DNA of 16,317 nt from Candidatus Nanohaloarchaea archaeon (GTDB lineage: Archaea > Nanohalarchaeota > Nanosalinia > Nanosalinales > Nanosalinaceae), in contig JAWOFP010000021.1 of assembly GCA_046497485.1 (NCBI GenBank), positions 1 through 16,317 on the forward strand. The letters are read 5' to 3'. Under the pieces are notes generated by a model. It saw only the letters and a program-made list of their open reading frames with translations. It searched no databases and was not told the DNA's origin. The first letter of the stretch is position 1; each line of letters starts with the position of its first letter. The translations under genes were made by a program, and so were the position numbers. This document shows, one piece after another, positions 8,838 through 15,390 of this stretch.

Positions 8838-9343
8838 TAAAATTCACCTTCGATTTCTTCTTTTGTTTCTTCAAAGTTTTCAGGCACATCTTCATCTCTG
8901 ATCTCTTTGATGTGCTCGCCTCTAATCCTTGACTCTTCAGGATAGGCTTTTTCTCCAGCAGGGACTTCTAGGCCTGCGTCGTTCATTCCTTTGACTGCGG
9001 CATAGATTCGACCGCCTTCTTTGCTTTCTCTAAGACCTAAGTCTAGGATTGCTTTGTCTTCATCAGTCTTCATTCCTAGCAGGTATCCTGCGAGGTATGC
9101 TGATGGAAGATTCCCTGTGTTTTGATCCCATCCGTACTGTTCTAACTCTTCTGTGGATGTGAAGTCTGTGTTTTCATCTCCGTCTCTGTTGTAGTAAGAG
9201 ATATGTGCTTTAGTATGCTTATTGCTCGTTCTTACTACGACTCTCGGCGAGTCAGATTTAAGCAGGTTTAATCTCTGCTCGTAATCTGTCTCTTGGTTTC
9301 TTCTTCTCTTGTGCGGTACCTTAAAATTTGAATTATCTGCCAT
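8837..9343 (-). CDS. rpl18: 50S ribosomal protein uL18
   Basis: RRR...TDY..RL.LLKS..PR.VVR.SN, NLPSAYL.GYL.G, AILDLGL and RIRGEHI motifs. Confidence 0.97.
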   Translation of the reverse strand: MADNSNFKVPHKRRRNQETDYEQRLNLLKSDSPRVVVRTSNKHTKAHISYYNRDGDENTDFTSTEELEQYGWDQNTGNLPSAYLAGYLLGMKTDEDKAILDLGLRESKEGGRIYAAVKGMNDAGLEVPAGEKAYPEESRIRGEHIKEIRDEDVPENFEETKEEIEGEF

Positions 9344-9796
9344 TTAGTTCTCCAACTCCATCTTGTTCTCTACATGGTTTTCAACGTGGTTAACGTCTCT
9401 GAAAAATCCTCCCTTAGACTTGTTATAAAGATCTCTGTACTCTTCAGAGTTAACCGTTCCTTCGTCTCTCATCTCTCTAAGTCTTTTTCTAATCGCTCTA
9501 ATCTGTTCCTTCCATGTATCTTTTGAGGACTTTCTTGCGTTCTTTGCTCCCTTACGGGAACCATGACCTTTCTGAAGGCCTTTCTTTTTCTGTTTCTTGT
9601 TCTTCTTTGAACGGGCCTTTGAAGTGCCTTTGACATCTTTCTTATCGATTGTTCCTCCTTCTACAAGATTTCTAATGTCCTGACGAGTGATTGCTTCGGC
9701 AACTTTGTCAGTATGTTCTGGGTCAATCCAGACACGGTTTTTACCGACTTTCATTACTTCTGCTGCCATTCTTCTCTGACTCTTTAAATCGCTCAT
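9344..9796 (-). CDS. rpl19e: 50S ribosomal protein eL19
   Basis: L..QRRMAA.V.KVG.NRVWIDP, AITR.DIR.L, G.GSRKG...AR and W...IRA.R motifs. Confidence 0.98.
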   Translation of the reverse strand: MSDLKSQRRMAAEVMKVGKNRVWIDPEHTDKVAEAITRQDIRNLVEGGTIDKKDVKGTSKARSKKNKKQKKKGLQKGHGSRKGAKNARKSSKDTWKEQIRAIRKRLREMRDEGTVNSEEYRDLYNKSKGGFFRDVNHVENHVENKMELEN

Positions 9797-10122
9797 TTTT
9801 CTTCACCTGCGTTCAATAATTTAATATCCAGTTCCTCAGCTTTTTCAACTATCATTGCTGTCTTCTTTCCTCCAACTGTTGAACCGATCCGTGCTGCATC
9901 TTCCTCAGGATCTAGATCTTCTAGGTCCTCAGGCCTATGCACTAATACATCTTCGAAACCTGAAGGATGTTTTCCTCTGATATCTTCAGGGGTTCTGAGG
10001 CCTGCTTCCGGCATCTGTGGTGCGGACTTCAGTTTTAATCTCTGTTTACTATGTTTTCCTACAGGCCGTCTGTAAGATGTGTTAATTCTCTTACTTTTGT
10101 GAGTATTCTGTCTTTTAGCCAT
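9793..10122 (-). CDS. rpl32e: 50S ribosomal protein eL32
   Basis: RRP.G.HSK.R, RG.HPSG...VLV and IG.TVG.KK motifs, with KLLN near the C-terminus. Confidence 0.95.
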   Translation of the reverse strand: MAKRQNTHKSKRINTSYRRPVGKHSKQRLKLKSAPQMPEAGLRTPEDIRGKHPSGFEDVLVHRPEDLEDLDPEEDAARIGSTVGGKKTAMIVEKAEELDIKLLNAGEEK

Positions 10123-10652
10123 TATTGATCTCCTCCATTGGTTTCAGTGATGTAGACTCCGTCCTGGAAAGTTCTTGGATCTCTGTTGCCTTTCCTGCAC
10201 ATCTGTTCGATTCGTGCTGCTGTCTGACTTACTTTCTCTTTGTCGCGGCCTGAAACTTCAACGTCATCTCCGTCTACCTTGACTGTTACTCCTTCCATTA
10301 TGTCCACTTTTCTAGGGTGCTGTTCTCCCATGAAGTTCTCGATTACTACTTCGTTGTTTTCTTGTTTGATTGTCATTGGGAAGTGTGCGTAAACACCTTT
10401 CATCTTGTAGACATATTCTTCTTGAAGGCCTTGAATCATGTTTTTTGTATGTGACTGGTACGTCCTTGCAATACTGTAAATATCTCTCTTGTCTCTTACA
10501 GCTGTGAAACTGACTTCGTTTCCTGTTACTTCTGTATCTACAAGCGAGTTGTCCATCTTCTTCTCAAGTTCGTTGTCTCCATCGGATACCGTTAGGATTC
10601 CATCATCAAAACTTGCTTCGAATCCTTCTGGTAGCTCTACTGTTTCTGTCAT
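10122..10652 (-). CDS. rpl6: 50S ribosomal protein uL6 (start moved to ATG 10652)
   Basis: H..NMI.G, YAHFPM, NF.GE, V.QTAA.IEQ and RDPR.FQDG.YI motifs. The track's GTG 10664 is part of the SD AGGTGA upstream of the ATG. Confidence 0.96.
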   Translation of the reverse strand: MTETVELPEGFEASFDDGILTVSDGDNELEKKMDNSLVDTEVTGNEVSFTAVRDKRDIYSIARTYQSHTKNMIQGLQEEYVYKMKGVYAHFPMTIKQENNEVVIENFMGEQHPRKVDIMEGVTVKVDGDDVEVSGRDKEKVSQTAARIEQMCRKGNRDPRTFQDGVYITETNGGDQ

Positions 10653-10664
10653 TTTCTTATTCAC

Positions 10665-11051
10665 CTAGTAGACGTATCCGAGGAGTTTTCCTCCTACGCC
10701 TTGGTCTCGTGCTTTTTCGTGTGTCATGATTCCATGACTTGTGGTTACCAGCAGATCTCCGAAGTTTCTAGCCGGTAAGTATCTCTGAGCCCAGTCCTCG
10801 AACTCATCTTTTTGGACTGAGAAGTTTGGTTTTACAGGCTGGCACTTGTTAATATTTGTGACTTCAACCTTGAATTTTCCTCCTTTACCGTCTTCTACCA
10901 GCTCGAATACACCGATGTATCCGTTCTGCTGAAGCTCGATAAGGACATTTTTCACTACACTGCTTGTAGGAGCGATCGTTGCATGAGTCTTATCGTTTCT
11001 TGCTGCGTTGTTGATCGCGCTTAAAGCATCGCTTAAAGTATCTTGTTCCAT
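10665..11051 (-). CDS. rps8: 30S ribosomal protein uS8
   Basis: D.LSDALS.I.NA, GYIG.FE, INKC, YLPA..FG..VTTS.G.MTH and GG.LL.YVY motifs. Confidence 0.98.
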   Translation of the reverse strand: MEQDTLSDALSAINNAARNDKTHATIAPTSSVVKNVLIELQQNGYIGVFELVEDGKGGKFKVEVTNINKCQPVKPNFSVQKDEFEDWAQRYLPARNFGDLLVTTSHGIMTHEKARDQGVGGKLLGYVY

Positions 11052-11063
11052 TTTTTATCTCCT

Positions 11064-11288
11064 CTATTTGAGTTGTTCAAACCCTAGGTCTTCTGCGATT
11101 TCTCGGAAGCATTGTCGGCAGAAGTTCAAACCATATTTGCTGATAACTCCTCTACCTGTTCTTCCGCATCTTCTGCATTCTTTCTTGGATTTTCCGTAGT
11201 CTCGCTCTTTTGGAGCATTGTTCTTCTCAAATTTCTTTCTCTTTCCTTCCTTGTGCTTAATCTGTTCTAGTACTGCTTCATAAGACAT
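11064..11288 (-). CDS. rps14: 30S ribosomal protein uS14 (zinc-binding, N-terminally extended)
   Basis: CRRC...KYGL..CRQCFRE.A..LGF. Confidence 0.96.
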   Translation of the reverse strand: MSYEAVLEQIKHKEGKRKKFEKNNAPKERDYGKSKKECRRCGRTGRGVISKYGLNFCRQCFREIAEDLGFEQLK

Positions 11289-11797
11289 TATTGATTCACC
11301 TCTACTCCAAATGTCTCCTCGACATAATTGATTGCGTCTTCACGGCTGACCTGATGTTCCTCTCCTACTTCACTAGGCTTGTAATCTCTTCTCTTGACCC
11401 TGTAACCAGGCCTTTCTAGATTCACTGTTACCTCGAATCCCATCATGCCGATGTCTGCGTCGTAATCGACTCCTGTAACATCGATGTACTCTGAAACTCC
11501 GAATCCGAAGTTTCCATTACTGTCAAACTGTGAAGCATCGATTGATTCGACTGCTGTTATTACTTTCTCTAGGAATTCTTCTGCTTCTTCTCCTCTGAGT
11601 GTTGTCATTGCTCCGATCTTCAGGCCTGAACGGTTTCCGAAGGTCTTTGCGTTTTCACCAGATTCTGTTTTTACTGCTGTTCTTCCTGTAAGTTTCTCGA
11701 TCAGGTTCTTTGCTTTCTCTACGTTTTCTCCGACCTGTCCGATTCCAATGTTTACTGCTGCTTTACCGATCTTGATTTCTTTCATCTCTTCACTCAT
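11288..11797 (-). CDS. rpl5: 50S ribosomal protein uL5
   Basis: K..VNIGIG, IG...TLRG..A..FL, FD..GNF.FG..EYID, YD.DIG..G and RPGYRVKRR motifs. Confidence 0.97.
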   Translation of the reverse strand: MSEEMKEIKIGKAAVNIGIGQVGENVEKAKNLIEKLTGRTAVKTESGENAKTFGNRSGLKIGAMTTLRGEEAEEFLEKVITAVESIDASQFDSNGNFGFGVSEYIDVTGVDYDADIGMMGFEVTVNLERPGYRVKRRDYKPSEVGEEHQVSREDAINYVEETFGVEVNQ

Positions 11798-12452
11798 TTG
11801 AAACCACCTCTAGGTCTCCTTTTGCAAATAGTTTTTCTTGCATGATCTCGAACTCTGATTCCTGTGTCTCTATTGTGGCTGTGTCAGGCCTCATTCCTCT
11901 GCTGTGAAGTTCTTTGACTTCTGCGACTTCACCTGCGTGTTTTCCTCCGAGAATCACTACTTCGCTTCCTTCCTCAATCTGGAAGGCTTCGACGTCTCCG
12001 TTGAAAACCAGTGTGGCTCCTGTGGAGTATTCGTCTTCTGTTCTGTAATTTTCGCCGTTGTGAAGATGGTAAACGTATTCATCTCCTTCAACCGTTTTAC
12101 CGGTTACCTTGGCTGCGGCCCTGTTATCATCTGTTTCCTGGAATACTAGGCCTTCTGCTTCTGGAAGCATCCTGAATGTCTCTCCTGTTTCATCAATCTC
12201 TATAACGTCCATTACTCCGATTGTGTCTCTAACGCTTCTGACACGGTCGCCGTTTCTGAACAGGACTCCGTTTCTGATTATCTCTTTTGCTTCCTTCTTG
12301 GTCTCTGCGTATCCTGTGACTTCTCTCAGAAAGATCACTGAAGGGATTCCCTGTTCTGGGCTTCTGCTTCCTTCTGTAGTTGTCGTGTATGTAAGGCCTT
12401 TTCTATCAATTGCGTAATGCTTAGGTGCCGATAGTCTTTTCTGATGTACCAT
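11790..12452 (-). CDS. rps4e: 30S ribosomal protein eS4
   Basis: H.KRLSAP, LRE..GYA....EA..II, G.MDVI, LH.G.N and GG.H.G motifs. Confidence 0.96.
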   Translation of the reverse strand: MVHQKRLSAPKHYAIDRKGLTYTTTTEGSRSPEQGIPSVIFLREVTGYAETKKEAKEIIRNGVLFRNGDRVRSVRDTIGVMDVIEIDETGETFRMLPEAEGLVFQETDDNRAAAKVTGKTVEGDEYVYHLHNGENYRTEDEYSTGATLVFNGDVEAFQIEEGSEVVILGGKHAGEVAEVKELHSRGMRPDTATIETQESEFEIMQEKLFAKGDLEVVSNE

Positions 12453-13055
12453 TTATTCTTTCTCCTCTTCTTCTGATTCTTCGGATTTTTCCTCAGACTC
12501 TTCGCCAGTTTCTGATTCCTCTTCTACGTCTTTAGTTTCTTCATCTTCTTCTGTGTCGAAGTCTGTTGGCTGTCCCTGCTGCTGCATCTTCTGCATCATC
12601 TCGTTCTCGTCTTCATCTTCCTCAATCTGTTCAAGTTCTTCTTCCTCTACTTCGATCTCTGAGAAGTCGTCTACATCGTACTTCTCAATTCTTGAATCAT
12701 CTTCAAGGTTCAAGGCCTGAAGCTGCAGGTTTGAAGGATCTAAAGGTTTCTCCTTCATTGTTCCGTCAATTTTCTGACGGTCTAAATTGTTAATATAGAT
12801 TTTTTCTTCCTGTCTATCAATGTTTGAAACGATTCCTTCGACTCCGCTGTCGTCTCCTCTCATGACTTTTGCTCGGTCTCCAACTCGGATACCGAGATTT
12901 CTGACTCCTAGCTCATCTCTAAGAGTTTGGTTAAGGTTAGCTGAAATAAACTTGTCTCTTACATGCATTGGAGCGTTATCTCTGTACTTTCTCTGCTTTG
13001 ACTGATTAGTGCTTGATTTCCAGCTGCTGCTCCAGTTCTGTGTTTTATCTACCAT
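12453..13055 (-). CDS. rpl24: 50S ribosomal protein uL24 with a long acidic C-terminal tail
   Basis: S....KQRKY..NAP.H.R, KOW motif GD...VMRG...G.EG and DPSN. Confidence 0.96.
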   Translation of the reverse strand: MVDKTQNWSSSWKSSTNQSKQRKYRDNAPMHVRDKFISANLNQTLRDELGVRNLGIRVGDRAKVMRGDDSGVEGIVSNIDRQEEKIYINNLDRQKIDGTMKEKPLDPSNLQLQALNLEDDSRIEKYDVDDFSEIEVEEEELEQIEEDEDENEMMQKMQQQGQPTDFDTEEDEETKDVEEESETGEESEEKSEESEEEEKE

Positions 13056-13058
13056 TTT

Positions 13059-13460
13059 TTACACCACCTGTGATGCGATCTTTCCTACAGGACCGTATCT
13101 TTTGACTACTTCTTTTGCGATTGGGCCTCTTGTAACATTTCCTTTTGGAAGGCCTGTCTCTTCTTCTACAAGTACTGCTGCGTTGTCTTCAAACTGTACT
13201 CTCATTCCGTCAGGTCTCTGGAATTCTTTGTTCTGTCTTACGATCACTGCGTCGAATACCTGGTGTTTTACTTCCTGGTCTCCTCTTAGAATCTTGACTT
13301 TTACTTTGTCGCCGATTCCTGCAGAGTTTCTCCTAGATCTTCTTCCTTTTCTGGATTTGACTCCAATTATCTCAAGTTTTTTAGCTCCGCTGTTGTCAGC
13401 GCAAGTAAGCTCTGCTCCGATGTCTAAGGTCTTTGTAATGTTTGATCCTAGTGGCTTCAT
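13059..13460 (-). CDS. rpl14: 50S ribosomal protein uL14
   Basis: CADNSGAK, AG.GD, AVIVRQ.K...RPDG.RV.FEDNAAV and GPIAKE motifs. Confidence 0.98.
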   Translation of the reverse strand: MKPLGSNITKTLDIGAELTCADNSGAKKLEIIGVKSRKGRRSRRNSAGIGDKVKVKILRGDQEVKHQVFDAVIVRQNKEFQRPDGMRVQFEDNAAVLVEEETGLPKGNVTRGPIAKEVVKRYGPVGKIASQVV

Positions 13461-13792
13461 TCTTCATCACTCTCTTCTTCTTCAGATACTTCTGAATCGT
13501 CTTCAATTATTTCGTGCTGTTCCTCAATGACCTCTACAATCATACTTGACTTGGTCTTTGAGATAGGCCGGGTTTCAACAACTCTGACCTGGTCTCCCTC
13601 ATTCACTTCCAGTTCGTCTGGAACATGGGATGTTATCTTAGTGTTTCTTCTCTCTTTTCTCTCGTATTTAGGAACTTCTTCTGCGTAACCCCATCTTACA
13701 GTAGCTGATTTCTGCATCTTGGTACTTACGACTGTTCCTACAAATTCCGATCCTCTTAGTGAGTATTCCGTTTCAATATCGTATTTGGTCAA
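13457..13792 (-). CDS. rps17: 30S ribosomal protein uS17 (start moved to TTG 13792)
   Basis: RG....G.VVS.KM.K...V, PKYER.E.R and GD.V...ETRPISKTK motifs. A strong SD GAGGTGA at 13798-13804 lies 5 nt before the TTG. Confidence 0.95.
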   Translation of the reverse strand: MTKYDIETEYSLRGSEFVGTVVSTKMQKSATVRWGYAEEVPKYERKERRNTKITSHVPDELEVNEGDQVRVVETRPISKTKSSMIVEVIEEQHEIIEDDSEVSEEEESDEE

Positions 13793-13934
13793 AGTGTTCA
13801 CCTCTAATTTCTTTTGCCGAGACAATAAGGCCTAAACTAGAAAACCCTGTATTACAAGCGGTTTTCAACTTTCAGGCCGTTGAGAGTATCGAAACCCTGT
13901 CCGAGTCTCAGCGACACACCGTTACGGTGTAACT
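13793..13934 (-). ncRNA. Candidate structured 5' leader (cis-regulatory RNA) of the uS17-secY transcript
   Basis: Five helices read by eye, four of them nested in one domain. The G-U wobbles form only on the minus strand. The element lies between a TATA box and the SD. Confidence 0.55.
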
Positions 13935-13951
13935 ATGAAAGAGAAAGTAAA

Positions 13952-13959
13952 CTTTAAAA
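13952..13959 (-). promoter_or_regulatory. TATA box (TTTTAAAG) of the uS17-secY transcription unit
   Basis: Archaeal TATA consensus about 25 nt upstream of the first leader hairpin. Confidence 0.6.
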
Positions 13960-14003
13960 GGGTGGATAGGCCTGGGCTCTAGAAGTAAAAGTAGAAAATT
14001 TTT

Positions 14004-14288
14004 CTATGCAAAGCTATTTTTCGGACTGTCATCCCTGACATCATATTCGTCAGCAAGTTTTACAGTGTAAGGCCTTAAATTGGATTCATCATACGCCTTA
14101 AATATCTCTATTAGAAGACTTACCTCCAAATCACCGAGTCCGTCTCCAGCAGAATCTCTTTCTTCTAACAACCTCTCTACATCATCAAAATCATCATTTT
14201 TTATGGACCTCCACGCATAACCAAACCAGTTTCTATCTTCAGAGCCGTCATAATCAAGAATCTCGTAATAAACATTATCAGAACTCAT
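14004..14288 (-). CDS. Hypothetical acidic protein (94 aa)
   Basis: ATG start, acidic composition, TTTAAT 24-29 bp upstream. No family recognised. Confidence 0.7.
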   Translation of the reverse strand: MSSDNVYYEILDYDGSEDRNWFGYAWRSIKNDDFDDVERLLEERDSAGDGLGDLEVSLLIEIFKAYDESNLRPYTVKLADEYDVRDDSPKNSFA

Positions 14289-14352
14289 AAATTTACTATT
14301 AGTTTTCAGAGATTAAATGAAAAATTGTAGTGAAGTACAGCAAAATCCAGTC

Positions 14353-14359
14353 AAAAAAA
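14353..14359 (-). terminator. Oligo-T terminator candidate immediately after the 130-aa orphan
   Basis: The stop codon TAG is followed directly by a T run on the minus strand. Confidence 0.45.
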
Positions 14360-14752
14360 CTATGGATACGGCTCCATATTTTCATAGGCCTCTCTGAGCT
14401 CAGTTTCAGGAACTCCATAGTATGCGGGCTCTCCTAGACCTCCATTTTTTGAAGTCATTATATCGCCCCACCATTGTTTCATAGATATTTCTTTGCTCAA
14501 AGCCCTCTTAATCTGTTTGAAAACCTGATTCTTTTCGCTATCAAAGTCTAAGTGGGAATTGGCAATCCACCCGGCATTCGCAAAAAAGTTCCTTGTAGCT
14601 TCCTCTTTTCCCCATTCAAAACGGTCACTGTAAGTCTCAAAGTAACTTGAAATCAAATCTGTATCAGCATCTTCATAGACTATTTTTCTAAATAATCCAT
14701 CTACCTGCCTTTGTTCTGGTGTCGCAACATAATCCTCCTGACTATCTACCAT
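14360..14752 (-). CDS. Hypothetical acidic protein (130 aa)
   Basis: ATG start with TTTATAA about 28 bp upstream. No family recognised. Confidence 0.75.
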   Translation of the reverse strand: MVDSQEDYVATPEQRQVDGLFRKIVYEDADTDLISSYFETYSDRFEWGKEEATRNFFANAGWIANSHLDFDSEKNQVFKQIKRALSKEISMKQWWGDIMTSKNGGLGEPAYYGVPETELREAYENMEPYP

Positions 14753-14779
14753 GATACACTGTAAAAATATGGGAGAAAA

Positions 14780-14786
14780 TTATAAA
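14780..14786 (-). promoter_or_regulatory. TATA box (TTTATAA) for the leaderless 130-aa orphan
   Basis: Consensus TATA at leaderless spacing from ATG 14752. Confidence 0.55.
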
Positions 14787-14848
14787 CAGGTATTCCAAAA
14801 ACTGATTAGAAATTCTAGAATAAATTAATGAAGAAAAAATTTAGGCCT

Positions 14849-15157
14849 TTATTTTACATCGATGTTGGCTCTTGAGAAGCCTTCTTCGATGAGTGCATCG
14901 ACGATTCTTCTGCGGTGGTCTCCCTGTAACTGGATTTCTCCATCTTTGGAGGTTCCTCCGCAAGCCATCTTAGACTTGAGTGTGGATGCTAGTTCTTTCA
15001 GGTCATCTTCTTCTGATAGGCCTGATACAACTGTCATCTCTTTGTTGTATCGTCGAGAGTCGACTTTAACTGTGATTTGCTGGTCTTCGCGAGAAATTGA
15101 GTCGCATACACAGAGGTCTTCTGGCATGCCGCATTTAGGACAAGTAGTCTCTGCCAT
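14849..15157 (-). CDS. sui1: Translation initiation factor aIF1 / SUI1 homolog
   Basis: N-terminal CPKCG.P.DLCVC, RRY.K..T.V.G and LKSK.ACGGT.K...I.LQGDHR. Canonical position after uL29. Confidence 0.96.
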   Translation of the reverse strand: MAETTCPKCGMPEDLCVCDSISREDQQITVKVDSRRYNKEMTVVSGLSEEDDLKELASTLKSKMACGGTSKDGEIQLQGDHRRRIVDALIEEGFSRANIDVK

Positions 15158-15163
15158 TATTAT

Positions 15164-15364
15164 TTAGTTATTCCTCTCGGTTAGAACTGTTTTCATGCGT
15201 GCAATGGTTTTTCGCATCTCTCCGATTCTACCTGGATTATCTGAGAAGCCTCCTACTTCGATCTGGCCTCTCTCCTGTACAAGCTCTTTGCTCATGTCGG
15301 ATATGTGCTCTTTGAGTTCGCTGGTATCCATTTCTCTGAGCTCATCCATCTTGAATATTGCCAC
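15164..15364 (-). CDS. rpl29: 50S ribosomal protein uL29
   Basis: ELREM...EL, EL...R and NPGRI.E.RKTIAR.KT motifs. Confidence 0.97.
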   Translation of the reverse strand: MAIFKMDELREMDTSELKEHISDMSKELVQERGQIEVGGFSDNPGRIGEMRKTIARMKTVLTERNN

Positions 15365-15390
15365 TATCTAATCACTTCCTCTGATTTGTT

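Noticed and set aside
10653..10664. GTG start for uL6
   Set aside because: The GTG is part of the SD motif AGGTGA, and ATG 10652 fits better.
13793..13825. ORF-track N-terminal extension of uS17 (MSRQKKLEVNT)
   Set aside because: It contains the SD GAGGTGA and the 3' strand of the leader helix. TTG 13792 has proper SD spacing.
13793..13934. Leader region as a tRNA, SRP RNA, RNase P RNA or rnp1 pseudogene
   Set aside because: The UUCGAU loop is T-loop-like, but there is no cloverleaf. I see no RNase P P4 (GAGGAAAGUCC) or SRP helix-8 motif, and no Rpp29-like peptide.
13992..14006. Inverted repeat TAGAAAA-T-TTTTCTA at the stop of the 94-aa orphan
   Set aside because: It is nearly all A/T with a minimal loop, too weak to call as a terminator or operator.
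14004..14752. Orphan pair as a toxin-antitoxin module or mobile element
   Set aside because: The genes have separate promoters and do not overlap. There is no recognisable toxin, HTH or transposase motif and no terminal repeats.
871..14770. Identical 10-mer GTAAAAATAT in two promoter regions (871-880 and 14761-14770)
   Set aside because: It is AT-rich, occurs only twice and sits at a different position relative to the starts, so chance is a sufficient explanation.
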